Below are positions 23,816-36,935 of a stretch of 64,000 bases of DNA, piece by piece. Positions within the stretch are counted from its first letter, which is position 1; each line of letters starts with the position of its first letter. The position numbers and the translations under genes were made by a program. A model generated the notes under the pieces. The model did not search any database. It saw nothing but the letters and a program-made list of their open reading frames with translations, and was not told the DNA's origin. The stretch is from Paraspadella gotoi (Eukaryota > Animalia > Chaetognatha), in assembly GCA_051294375.1 (NCBI GenBank), contig CM119268.1:18742615-18806614 (forward strand). Reading direction: 5' to 3'.

Positions 23816-26234
23816 ATCTCATCTCTCTCTCCTCTCTCTTCCCTCTCTCTCTCTCTCTCTCTCTTTCTGCGGTCAAAACTTGCGAACTTCAGCTGTCTCC
23901 CTTGAGATTTTGTCTTTGGCCCTCGAACGTTTGGTTTTCAAAACGAATTTTATTTCAATTTTCAAATTTTTTTTCCCAATGTCAACTGCGTTCTGAAAGC
24001 CCATTTACCTTATTTAAATCCCTTTAATAATTTATTTTCACGATTTAGAGCGAAGTGAACTTCACGAATAATTTATTCGCATTTTTAGGCAATTTAAATA
24101 AAATTTGATTTTTCCTTCATCGATCCGCAACCTTGATTATAAACATTACCATAAAAGCATTAGCGAACTGTGCATAATCGTTATTAATTTATCATCATTA
24201 ATTACTGCGAATGTGTTTTTTTTTTTTTTTCTTCGTTTAATCGTTTACGATATTTATTGATTTTATTTCTTTGTCACGCAGATTTTGGAAATGATAAGAA
24301 ACAAAAAAAAATGACAAGAATAAGACAAGAGTCAAAGATTTGAACTACGACAAGTAACAAACTTTCAATTCGCTCGACTGCAAATCGCCGAACTTTCTTT
24401 CTTCGTTATCCACAGCGGTGGCGGCCACAGCAGCGGCGGCTGCTGCCTCGTCGATTCACAAAACTCAAATATCGTCCACTTGTAATAAGAACACGTCAAT
24501 TCAATATAATCACTATTTTCGGGAGAAAAAAAATTTACGCAGTCTCTTTCTCCACCACATTCGCGGTTCTACCCTAATCGAATTTTCTATTTTCGTTCCT
24601 CCACAAGACCTAAAACTAAAAGGGTTCTTCTTTTTTTCTTTCTTTCTCTTTCTTACTTTCTTTCTTTCCTTTCCTTCCAAATTTAGTTGAACTGAAAAAG
24701 GCAAGTCTGCATTGATTAATTTCTAACTCCCAAAGAGAATTCATCATTTTAGAAAATTCTGAAAATTTTCAAAATATTACAACTGTTTAGTCGACAAACC
24801 TCCTCAAAGTTATTCTTATTTGTTATTACATTTAAATTCATATTAATTTTAACTTTTTCAGTGGATTTAATAACATATTTGCATTTCATCTCGTTTTTGC
24901 AGTTTTTATTCTTTTCTTTCGATTGAAAAATTATCTTTCTAATCTTCTTTCCTCTCTCTCTCTCTCTCTCTCTCTTTATCTCTCGTCTCTCCATCTCATC
25001 TCCTCTTTTCTCTCTCTCTCTCTCATCCTCTCTCTCTCTCTTCTCTCTCTCTACTCTCTCTCTCTCCCTCCACCGCACCTGACTCCACTCAATCGTCCAG
25101 ATCTAGATTCAATGCCAGATTTCTTTCTCCCGTCTCCTCTATAATTCATCCTCACCTCAGCGACTTCGAGATTCCATCGCTTCAAAAAGCACAACCGGTT
25201 TTGGCAACACATGAGTTGCATCTGAAATTGCTTAACGTTACCATGATCAAGTTTTATTATATACCAACATAGTTTCACAAACAAGCTACTGTATGAATGT
25301 CAGAATTTTATAAAATTTTTAATTTAAAATTTTCTTTAAAATGTGATAAAATAATCATAGCAAAATAACTAATCTACACCAATTAAGTTAATAAAATATG
25401 TTTCTTTTAATATTCTGTGAAAAAGCGGTCAGCATTTGGTTCTCACTGAAGATTGACCCAAGGCCTATTAAACGTCCAACTTTTCTGAACACTATTCCTC
25501 CTTCCTCCTTTCCTCTTTTCTTTTTTTCCCAAACAATTCTTTTTCATATTATATTCATTATTTTTCTTCCCTCATTTCCTCCCTCCCTTCGTCCTCTTTC
25601 CTCTCCCAAATCCGCTGCCCAGACTTCCTCGCCTAATGCATCTCTCATAACGAATTCAGCCTCACGTCATTTACATCTTCCTCTCTTCCTCCTCCGCTCT
25701 CCATCTTCCTCTTTTACTCTTTTCCTCTCCCTCTTCCTCTCTTTTCCCCCCACTCTCCCTCTTCCACCCCTTCTTTTCTTTTCCATCCTCTCTCTCTTTC
25801 TCTCTTATTTATTTTCTCTTTGTCATCCTTTTTCCCATCATTTCCTTCCTTATTTTTTTTTACTCCTTCCTTTTCTCCTTCTATTTTCTCGATTTTTGTC
25901 TTGTGCCTTCAATTCTAATCACCATTTCTCTTCTTATATCTTCTTTCATCTCCGATTTTATCCTTTTATATTTTCCCGCCAAAAAATCTAAATCATCCAT
26001 TCCTTTTTCCAAAATATTGCGTTTTCTATAATTAACAATTTATAATTTATAATTTTACTCATCACTCATCTCCAAAAAGCTAATGATTTAGGACACTTCG
26101 TAATACTCACGCATTCTTTCTCTCCTAAATAATTCTTATATAACTTGTAGCAAAAGTGACTAGGGTAATGTAAGTCCTTCCTCCATCCAATGCATTCATT
26201 TCGAATTCAAATTTCCCCGCCTCCTCCCCTGTCT

Positions 26235-26272
<38 letters not shown>

Positions 26273-26387
26273 TGCGGCCGCGGCTCCACGTTTCTCCCTG
26301 CGAATCCGGGCGTCAATTTCCCCCCCTCCGCCCCCCCTGCCTTCCTGAGTTCCTCTCGTTTTATTCGTCCCGAAACCAAAACTGTGG

Positions 26388-26703
26388 AAGATGATGACAA
26401 TGACAATAGTGATGACGACGATGATGACAATAGTGATGACGACAATGATGACAATGACAATAGTGATGAAAATGATGATGACTACGACAAGAAGTGATGA
26501 CGAAGATGATGACAATGACAATAGTGATGACGACAATGATGACAATCACAATAGTGATGAAAAATATGATGACTACGACAATAGTGATGATGAAGATGAT
26601 GACAATGACAAACGTGATGACGACGATGATGACAATGACAATAGTGATGACGAAAACGATGACAATGACAATAGTGATGACGAAGATAATGACAATGACA
26701 ATA
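26388..26703. repeat. ~30-bp minisatellite (GATGATGACAATGACAATAGTGATGACGAA-like)
   Basis: About ten imperfect tandem units; explains the Asp/Met/His-rich ORFs here. Confidence 0.85.
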
Positions 26704-27147
26704 AGGGATATAACTTGGCGAACAAAACCCAGATTCCAGTTCAGAGCAAAAACGACGACAACGACAACAACGACAACAACGAAAACAACGAAAACAACGA
26801 CAGCTTTCACTCTTTTCTTGATGTTGAAAAGCAAAGCTCGTGTCTCCTCGAAGCCCAAAGACTGAACTTGAAAAAAATCCCTGGGTGAGCCGATTGGGCA
26901 CGCCCGCCTCAGACTCAACCGAGCAGGCCCGGGTACGCCCACACCCAAGCCATTCCGCTCACGAATCTTTTCCGGTCCGTCGCTCTGTTTCAGAACTCAA
27001 AGTCTCTCCTTTTCTCGTTGGTGGAAATCGTCGAAAACAAACAAACAAATGACGACGACGACGACGATGAAGACGACGACGACGACTTAAACTCTACCGG
27101 ATATCCTTGGGCTCGGTAATAGCCCTTCACTTCAAAGAACACCAATA

Positions 27148-27209
<62 letters not shown>

Positions 27210-28734
27210 CTCTCTCCCTCTTTTCCCTTGTCTATCGGACAACCAAAACGGAAAACGATTTCCTGATCAAATTATTTTCTAATTTCTTTTTTTTCTTCTT
27301 CTTCATTGTTTTTTTCTTTTTTCCTCCTTGATTCTTAAGGAGTGTCGAGCCCCGCCCCTTTCTTCTTACTTCTATTCGCTTGGTAAGGAAGGAGAGGTGA
27401 GTTCGCTACTGCTGCGGATTCTTGAGAAGATATTCGCTGAATTGTAGGAACTGCGGCCGGTGTCGAAAGCGAGAACCTTAGGTCCTTACTTCTCTTTATC
27501 GACCAAATCCTGGAAGCAAAAATCTGCTTAAACACTTTGTCCCTACGATTCCCTTTTGTTCTGCGTACAATGCCAACTGCAATGAAAACAACGACAGGTA
27601 ATTTAGATTCCTCTTTGTTTTCCGTTCACGATGCGGACGACGACGACGACGACGACGACCGACGACGACGATTACTAAGAATCCATTGAGTTTTTGTTTT
27701 ACTCCAACAACAACGACGATACCAAACGCGAAGCAAAGAACTGACAACAACTAAAAACCTTCAAATAGACTACAAGACACAACAACAACATTTCCACTTC
27801 CGCTTCTCCTCTCGCGCGTCGTCGTTGTTGTTGTTGTTATTGTTGTTGTCGTAGCTTCACTCAAGGGTTTCGATTTCTTCCTTAGGCGGATCCCTTAGTT
27901 TAAATCGAGCGAGGGAAGAAAAGGATTTGAGGTAGTGAAAGTAGAAAGGAGGTGAGTTGTGGGTAGTGGATAGAGAAAGGAGGTAAGTTGTGGGTAGTGG
28001 ATAGAGAAAGGAAGTGAGNNNNNNNNNNNNNNNNNNNNNNNNNGAGAAGAAGATTCAAGATGGCTGACCAAAGTCTCGGCAAAGATGTCGTCGACGCAAG
28101 GCGGACGATCAAGTCGATGCGAAATCCAGGAATCTTCTCTGAAGCTAAAAGAGCTTGAAGCTAAAGCCGGAAGCTAAAGTTAGAAATCCTGGACAAAGGG
28201 AACAAAAACATTTAATACACACTCAGTAAATATATATATAAATTTTAAAAGAGATTCTTTACTTGTTTCTGAAGCCAGAATTGTAAAATGTTGCCTCTAT
28301 CACAAAGAAAGTCCACCAATCCAGCGACACAAAAACTTATTATTAAAAAAACGTGTTTCCGAGAATATCTATATGCGAATTGTAGAAAACTTATTAAAAA
28401 GTAGCAAAAACGCAGTGTGAGACTAAGGAATTATGAAAGGCTACACGTCGATAGAAATCAGGACTGAGATCTTATCGAAACGGGCGGCAACCAATCAGAG
28501 CCCGCCACGCACTGCCTCGGAAACTTGTACTCAAGTATATACTTTAATACACAATCGAAACTACAGTGGTCGCTGTGATCGCCAGAAGAAACGGAATATT
28601 CCTTGCGTTAGTAAGGGAAACCAAAAGATCAGTTGGGAAAAGGTAGAGAAGCTGGAATTTCCTCGTAATTATTGAATCAATTATTACGTAACAGGCGGAT
28701 CCCTTAGTTTAAATCGAGCGAGGGAAGAAAAGGA

Positions 28735-29395
28735 TTTGAGGGTAGTGGAAAGAGAAAGGAGGTGAGTTTGTGGTAGTGGATAGAGAAAGGAGGTAGTTGT
28801 GGGTAGTGGATAGAGAAAGGAAGTGAGTAAGTTGGGTAGTGGATAGAGAAAGGGGTGAGTGTGGGTAGTGGATAAGTAGAAAGGAAGTGGAGTAGTGGGT
28901 AGTGGATAAAAAAGGAGGAGAGTAATTGTGGGTAGTGGATAGAGAAAAGGAAGTGAAGAGTAGTGAAGGTATAGGGATATAGAAAAGGAGGTGAGTTGTG
29001 GCTTGAATTGAGCAAAGGAGGTGGGGTTGTGGCGTAGTGCCCGTAGGAAGAGCGGATAGTGGGAATACGGGTATGGAACTAGAAAGGAAGTGGGAGTAGT
29101 GGGCTAGTGGAATAGAAAAGGAGGTGAGTTTGTGGGTAGTGGATAAGAGAAAAGGAAGTGAGTAGTGGGTAGTGATAGAGAACAGAGGTGAGTTGTGGGT
29201 AGTGGATAGAGAAAGGAAGTGAGTAGTGGGTAGTGGATGAAAAAGGAGGTGTGAGTTGTGGGTAGTGGATAGAGAAAGGAAGTGAGTAGTCGGTAGTGGA
29301 TAGAAAAAGGAGGTGGGTTGTGGGTAGTAGATAGAGGAAGGAGGAGAGTTGTGGGTAGTGGATAGAGGAAAGAGAAGGGTTGTGGGTAGTGGGTG
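28735..29395. repeat. ~30-bp minisatellite (GGAAGTGAGTTGTGGGTAGTGGATAGAGAAA-like)
   Basis: About twenty imperfect units. Its start and left flank are duplicated at 27885-28018, just before a 25-N gap. Confidence 0.85.
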
Positions 29396-30563
29396 AAGCC
29401 GTCTTGTTTGTCTCAACTCTGACTCGATTTTGCCATCCCCACTCTCCCGCCCTCTTATCTTTTTTATCTTCTTTACCCTCGACGTTCCATTTCGACGATC
29501 ATCTCCTTTATTAAAATCCCACAATTTAATTTTCCTCTTAAACTTTTTATTCCTATGCAGAAATATTGCTAATTTATTTTCCTTCCTCTTTCCTCCTTTA
29601 GAGTTTAGACCTTTCTGAAAGTCCTTTCCTTTTAAAAATCCAGTCGCCCACCCAAGATTTTACAAACTATTTAAAAGTCCTTTCCTTTTCTCTTTCAGAA
29701 TTATACTACTTTTTTTCTCTCATCTCCCTTCCCCTTCTCCTCTCCTTTTCATATTTAATATAAACGCTGTTGTTCTCTCCGTTTCCGATAATCCCTTCTT
29801 CCTTCCCCTCCTCCTCCTCCACTAGACCCTGGTTTTTCCCTTCCTCCTAATTTATTATTCTCCGACGTCGAAAACCTAATTATCTTCGCCCCATATTTTA
29901 TTTCCTTTTTTTTCGTAATCGCGTTTTTCGTTGAGCTCACGTGAGAGGTGTTTACCGCGCGCGTTCACGCGAGTGGAGACCTCACGAATTTTTCGGTCGG
30001 TGGAGTGAATTCACGGATCAGTGAAGGCTTCGTTAGAATACGTTTTGTGATAAAGTATGTATGTTTCATAATTTACTATTTGATAGCAAATTATGATTTT
30101 CGTTCTTTGCTTTATTTGATGTTGATATTTGCTATATTTGCTTGTTTCAAAACTCTTGGCGCTTGCACGCTCAAAGCAGCGATCGATCGCTACCTCACTC
30201 ACTCACCGTCGCACGCTCACACTCTCGCACGCTCATTATATCGCACGTTCACGAGGGAAACTTTTCACGGTTGCTCGTGTCGAGTCTCCCCATCAATTTC
30301 TTCGACGCTCTCGACACTCGCGACGCTCGCGAGGCCAGCGCTCGCTAAATGGGCCGAACGCGTGCTTACTTTGCCCTCGGCTCTTTCCGTTGCCGGTCGC
30401 TTGCCGAGCCGGGTCGGCACTGGCCTGGCCGTAAGGGCGCAGTCCGTGCCCGCCGCGGCTGCCGTCAGCACTATGGCGCTCAGCAAACAAGTTAGCTCAC
30501 GCTCTCTCTCTCTCTGGAGAGAAAGAGAGAGAGAAAGAGAGAAGAGAGAAGAGAAGAGAGAGA

Positions 30564-30608
<45 letters not shown>

Positions 30609-31108
30609 GGCTGCCAAATTCCGGAGTGAGATTGCGAATNNNNNNNNNNNNNNNNNNNNNNNNNATACGAAGAATCGAACTCCCGTTTCACTTTTATCAA
30701 AATTTCTGTCATCAAACTTTTAAATAAATCAATTGATTATAAAAAAAATTTCTGATGAGACTGTTTTTTTTAAATTTCATAGGCTTAAAACTTTAAAAAA
30801 ATATGGTTTATTGCCGTAAGGTTAATACAAAACATTAACTCTTCACATACTCCTTCATTTTTAACTCTCCATTTTCCCCTTGATTTTCTTTTTTTTTCGT
30901 CCACTTTCACATCTTACTATTTATAGTATTTTGTATTAGTTACTCTCTATTTCCCGTTTTAATTTTGCAATTTGCTAACTTTTTTCTCTTCTTGTTTCAC
31001 TTTTTTCGCTGAGCCAGTTTTTTTCCCATTATGGCGTTTCTCCATCCGCAGTTTATTGCCATAATACCCGACCTTACTGTATACCGCATATTTTTTTACC
31101 CTCTCTCT

Positions 31109-31147
<39 letters not shown>

Positions 31148-31339
31148 ATTCTCTTCTTCTTCTTATTCTTCAGGAAAACGTGTTTTCTTCTTCCTATTTT
31201 TTCCCTCACTTTTTCCATCTTTTTTTTCAATCTTTTATTATATGCCCACTTTTACGCTGAGTTTTCCTTCTTTTCCTCTTTTTTTGCATCTTTGTTTTAC
31301 AATCGGTCTCCATTTCTGTCTTTTGACTTCATCTTTACT

Positions 31340-32967
31340 AAGGGTATATGCACAAAAAACTTTAAAAATAACTAATTTCTTCATCGATGGTTTTAAAATA
31401 CAATTAAGCCTAAAGCGAAGTGTACTTTAATCGTTAAATCAAGTTTTGACCTTTAAAATATTTGATTACGCCAACTGATTTACGTCAATTTGGGAGTAAC
31501 GTTTCTGCTCCTTTACTGATGTCAAGGATATCAGCCAACATTTTTGAAAAACGCCTTTTTTTCTAATTAAGCGAATACATGTAGTATGGATCAGCATGTG
31601 GATTTTCTTTTTTTTATGTGTCATTTGTTGGCTCTCGGTGGCGTAAAAACTACGCCAAAACGTATTATTTTCCTAATAACATATGCGGCGTTAATGATTT
31701 TTTCCAAAAAAATGTGATTAAAATATATAAAGTAAATAATTAGTAAAATGTTTTATATTTAAATTTTTGAAAAAGATTGTGGCGTAAATGAGCGTGAAAT
31801 GAAAGTTAAAACCGTTTTAATATTGAATATCATTGATGTGGCGCTAAAAGGACTTTTCCTGAATTGTTTTCAATAGTAAAAGCTTATTACTGGTTAAGTG
31901 CGTTTAAAGATTTATCTAGGCCTCTTTTATACAAGATGTTTGGCGTAGAATTAGCGCGTTAAAATGACAAAAAAGCATATAAATATATATTTACTTCGTG
32001 GCGTTAGAGGAATTGGACGTAGAATTGCAGTAAATTGACGTAAAACTGAAAGCCACTTTATCCCCTCATTCTCTTTCCCTTTCCTCCCTTTTCTTTTCTC
32101 TATTTATACAATCTCCCGATCAAAAGTCGATTATTTTTTCCCGGTTGTCAATTCTTTAAAAAATCAAAGAAAAAACGCGAATACCGAAAAATAAAATCTC
32201 AAATCATACTAGATAAAAAGAAACAAAGATATTACACATTAAAACTCAGTGGACCAATTTTAAGGAAAAGTATCAGAAATTGTTGGATCAATAATGAGTC
32301 TTTAAGACGTTTATGGTTTGAAATTTGTTAAAAATAAAGACTATAATAAAGATTAATACCCATATAATAATTACAGGAATCTATTGTATATTTAAGCAAA
32401 TGAGGAATGCGTTGGTAAGCAGAAAAAAAGGCAAGACATAAAATCTTAGATCATAATAAAATATTTATTATATCAGTTTTTCATACATATTGATGATTCA
32501 TAAGGCCTTAATATACAGTAGTTATGGAAAACTATATATTAAAATGACTATTCGCCAGAAACTGCTGCTGAGCGCAGTTTGCGCATCATTTTTGGCGAAT
32601 TATCAATGATTAAATACCTTGAGCAGTAAATACATTTGCATCTTCCTATAAACCAGAGCGTTTTGCGGCAGCCGGAAAGCCTAGTTTTTGCGCTACAATA
32701 AAAAGAAATATGCTTTTCTGCTACTATTTCAATATTTTTCTTTATTGAAAGATTCTTTTCGGTTTTTATTTAGGGGGTTATTGCTTTTATTTACCCCGCT
32801 TAACCTAATTTCCCAAAAAAAAAAAAATAAAATTTTTATTTTCAGTATTTTCCATACAGCAAATATTTCCAAAAAAGCTTTTGTTTTTTTGGTATCAAAA
32901 TTTCCCTATTTATTTTTTCGCGCCGCATAAAGAAATAAACATTTCGTCGAATACTTGCCTAATCCCT
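31340..32967. mobile_element. Non-autonomous MULE-like DNA transposon insertion
   Basis: Flanked by ATCTTTACT at 31331-31339 and 32968-32976. The homologous sites near 51781 and 57642 have one copy and no insert. Imperfect termini AGGGTATATGCA versus reverse-complement AGGGATTAGGCA; recurrent internal TGGCGTA motifs. Confidence 0.65.
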
Positions 32968-35900
32968 ATCTTTACTTACGTGCCCTTTCTATTTCTTAAC
33001 CGCTTGTTACTGGCGGCAGCAAACCTAAATAACTTTCGTCTGTCGGTTGGTTTTTCATCTGTTTCTTTTATTTGTGTCCGTTATTTTAAATCTACTTCTA
33101 AACGTATATTATATGCACATTTGCTATCACATGTATCACCATAGTATCCACATATTCACAGTTGTATCCAAATTCTTGTTGGATCGGAATACAAGTTTTA
33201 AAATCCGGCGCAACATTCTACACTATTATTATTATATAATTATTTATTATTTCTTTCACACCGAAAAAAAGCATATTGATGCGAATTGAAATTTACTGAG
33301 ATATAGAAACATTTAAAACTGTTAAGCTTATTTAAAGATAAAGCGATTGAGTTCAGGCCCCATTAAAAATCTATCAAAGCGTCCTAAAGTTATAGGAGGT
33401 CAAAGGTCGGAATTGGTAAAATCATCTGACAAGAATAATTAATATTAATCAAAGATGAGTCTCTGACTTTTTCTTATTATAATACTATAATATAATATGA
33501 AATTTAGCTGAACAAATTCAGCATACAATATATCTGTAGGATAGGGTATCAAACCAATTTTCAAACCTAAAAGAAAAATGAAAATAAGTTAGGGAAACAA
33601 TATAGGAAAAACAATTCTTTTATAAAAATAAAGCAAAAAGCAGTTGATTTGCATAACTTACCCAAGGCTTAATTTCAAAGCTTTTCACATCAAAGTTTTT
33701 TATCCTTTATCGGCATTCTCGTGTTAAAGTTACTTTATCATAGAATTATTGTTTTGATTTAAAGATAAATTTTTGCAAAAAATTATTGGTTTTTAGATAT
33801 TTATTATTTAAAATGCAATATTTGGTAGCAATTTTCAAAAATATTTCATAAAAAAGTAATTTACAAATTTAATTGCCAACCCTTCTTATATGGTTTAATT
33901 TTCATTATTGGATTTTTTTTTAGTTCTATATATAAAATCAGTCAGAAAAAAGTATCAACAAATAAACTAACCTTTTAGAAATCACTTTTCCCAATTCCAT
34001 TTTGCAGACTCTGACTTTAAAAGGTCTTGCTCTATCACTACTTTCCAGAACAATTCAAATTTTTCTTGCACCGACCGATAAGCTCTTTAAAGAGCTATAC
34101 TTTAATATATATTTTTCTCAAAATAAAAAAGAAATAATGGTGCCTATTAAAAGCCTACCTCAGTGTCTTCTTTTTTTTTGCGCCGCCAGTTGTAAGATTT
34201 ATACTTCCTTTTTTTTCCCTTTTTTTCTCCTTCAATTTCCTCGTTGACCATCGAGACTCACTTGAAATTTTTTGTTTCCTTTTACTTTCTTTTCTCCATC
34301 TTCTCCTTTTCCTTTTTATTTCTTCTTTCTTACCAAAAATTTTCCCATTTTTTCGAGTCCTATGGTCTTTTTGTTATCGGTTCAGGTGATTTGAGACAAG
34401 GTCTTGCCGGAAAAAAAAACAAGCAGTTTACGGGTGAGGACAACAAGCATCATTAAATCTTTAAGCAAACATTATATGTTGAATTAAACGTTAAACTACA
34501 TTTATTGCATGACACACAAACTAAGAAAACAAAAAAAAAAACAACGAAAACTAAAACTCATCTTTTCATTTATAGTTGCGGGAAACGAGCAGAGGATGAC
34601 CGGCGTCCCCTGACGAAGAAGAGACTTCCCTCCGCCTATTCTTTTAAGTTCCACTGGGATTCGCATTCCCATCTCTTTCTCTCTCCTCTCTCTCTCTCTC
34701 TCTACTCTCTCTTCTCTCTCTCCTCTCTCTCTCCTCTCTCTCTCTCTCATCTCTCTCTCTCTCTCTTCTCTCCTCTCTCTCTCCCAGCTCCACAACTTTT
34801 GAAGGAAGGGCATATTTCCCGGCGATTTGGTCAGATTCATATTAAGTTCGATTACTCGGCAAGTTATATCGACTTTCGGAGAAGTTCAAGGATTCCGACA
34901 GTTAAAGCAGCGAGAGAGAAAGAAAATCGCTTAAGAAAAAATGAGAAGATAGCAAAGAACCGGAAAATAAAAAAAAGAGAAGCAAAAGAAAATAAAAGAA
35001 AAGAAAAGAAGATAGAAAGAAAAGATAAAAGAAATAAATCAAAGAGAAAAAAATAGAAATTAAATATCAACTAGAAGAAAAAGAAAGAAAATATTAATGA
35101 AGAAAATAGAGAAAAGTGAGAAGAGACGCGAAAGAGTGAAAAGAAAGAAAAGCTTAAAGCACCAATAGTTATTCTGTATATTTTTTCTTTTTTCCAAAAG
35201 AAGAGGCTTCCTCTCGGCATTTATTAACCTTTAATCCTGCTGACGAGTAGGCTGATGCTCACAGCTCAGTTCAAAGCAAGAAAACAGAAATGATTTCCTT
35301 AAAGGGAAAAAAAATAATGAAACAGATGGTTTTCAAGCACGAAAACCCTTTAAGGTTAAGGGGATTTGTTCCGGATGGTACAGGATTGGTTTTTAGATGG
35401 TTTAGGTGAGCTATCTTGGCGAGATCTGCGAGATCTGGAATTTGAGATGCGAGGAGGTGACCTTAGTAGATATGCGGTTGACAAATGAGGATTTAATGGG
35501 AAGTAAGTCACAAACAGTTTTCAAGCAGGAGAAAGTCAGTCGAAGAAAATAATTTTAGATGGTTCTGGTGAATCTAGTAATGATGAAGCCATGAGCTGAG
35601 GTATGATGAAATTAAAAATGGTTGTGGATATTGTGTTTTATTGGACCAGATACAGATAATTTGAGATGTGAGAGGTTAGCTCAGTAAAAAACGAATTTGG
35701 TTTTAAAAATGGCGTTGAGTTCAGACGTCGTTTTCAGATGCATGCGATACGGTAAAATTGAAGAGAGCAAGATGTTTGAGATGGTGCGAAAATGGAGCGG
35801 AATCGCGAGTCTAAACGGTCGGTGAGGAAGTTATTTGCTCGTCGCCCGGATTTCCGAGATCTTACTCAATTCAGCGAGGAGGAGAAACCGAAGTAAGGCG

Positions 35901-36394
35901 AGATACATGAGCAGGTCTGGTGTTGCTAAGCCGGTGTCCATCAGTAATCTTTGTTCAGTATGATTACATCCGGAAACTCTGTCAGTTAATTAATCGCGAG
36001 CTCTATCATTAATTACACGGCCAAGTCTATTTATTATTACATATGCGCAACTCTATAATTTATGCAGCTTTACATTCAGCTTATTCCATTAGCTCAATTC
36101 GGTTTTCACGATTGTTTTACTTCTCTTTCTGAGTTCGTCACACGACCCTGTCTGGCCTTTTTAAAAGTTAGTAGTTTTTATTGATGTATAGAAAGCGTTA
36201 CCAGTATCCGTATTATCTAATGACGCGTAATAGCACGTTTAATAAAGTTAACGAGCATTGTTAAACTATAACTGTCGCACTGATCCCGCATCATGGATCA
36301 AAAACTGCGGCCCCTCGACTGCCATTTTATTGCGGGTCATCTTCTCGACCCCTTGACCTTCGGCCGACACGGGAGAGCGAAATCGTTCGATCGC

Positions 36395-36935
36395 GGGTTG
36401 GTGGGAGTGAGAGCTGGAGAGAGTGAATAGTGTTTGTGTGCGGCATGGTGGGCCAGTACAGTGAGGAAGGAAGTGATAGTGGTTTGATGGTGATGGCGGA
36501 GGAGAGTGCAGGAAATGATAATGTTGTGTGATGGTGAGAGTGGTGGGAAGCGAAGAGAGGAGAAGTGATAGTGGTTGGGATGTGTGGGATGTGAGAGTGG
36601 AGGAAAGTGATAGTGGTGCGCTGTGATGCCGTGAGAGGGGTGGGATTGAAGTGAGGAAGTGATAGTGGTTGTGACGTGGGGAAGTGAGAGTGCGGAAGAG
36701 AATGTGATAGTGGTTGGATAGCTGGTGGGAGTGAGATAGTGAGTCGAGTGATAAGTGGGTTGTGCATTGGGGAGTGAGAGGGAGCATGTAGGCCATCTGG
36801 TGGAGTGGGAGTGAGAGTGAAGGAAGTGATAGTGGTTGTGACGGTGTGAGTGAGAGTGAGGAAGTGATAGTGCGTGTGATGGTGGGACGTGGCGGGAGTG
36901 AGAGTAGAGGAAGTGATAGCTGAGTAGTGTGATGC
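36395..36935. repeat. ~39-48-bp minisatellite (GGAAGTGATAGTGGTTGTGATGGTGGGAGTGAGAGT-like)
   Basis: Tandem units; mirrored at 47778-48255 and 53945-54240; source of the His/Thr/Pro-rich ORFs. Confidence 0.85.

Noticed and set aside
26361-26948. Asp-, Met/Thr- and His-rich ORFs
   Set aside because: Products of a 30-bp minisatellite that is open in several frames on both strands.
27335-27576. Possible minus-strand terminal exon (polypyrimidine + CAG, ~80 codons)
   Set aside because: No recognisable homology and no partner exons; cannot be supported.
28735-29395. Regular ~30-bp repeats as a CRISPR-like array (also 36395-36935)
   Set aside because: Contiguous tandem units with no unique spacers, no cas genes, and a eukaryotic context.
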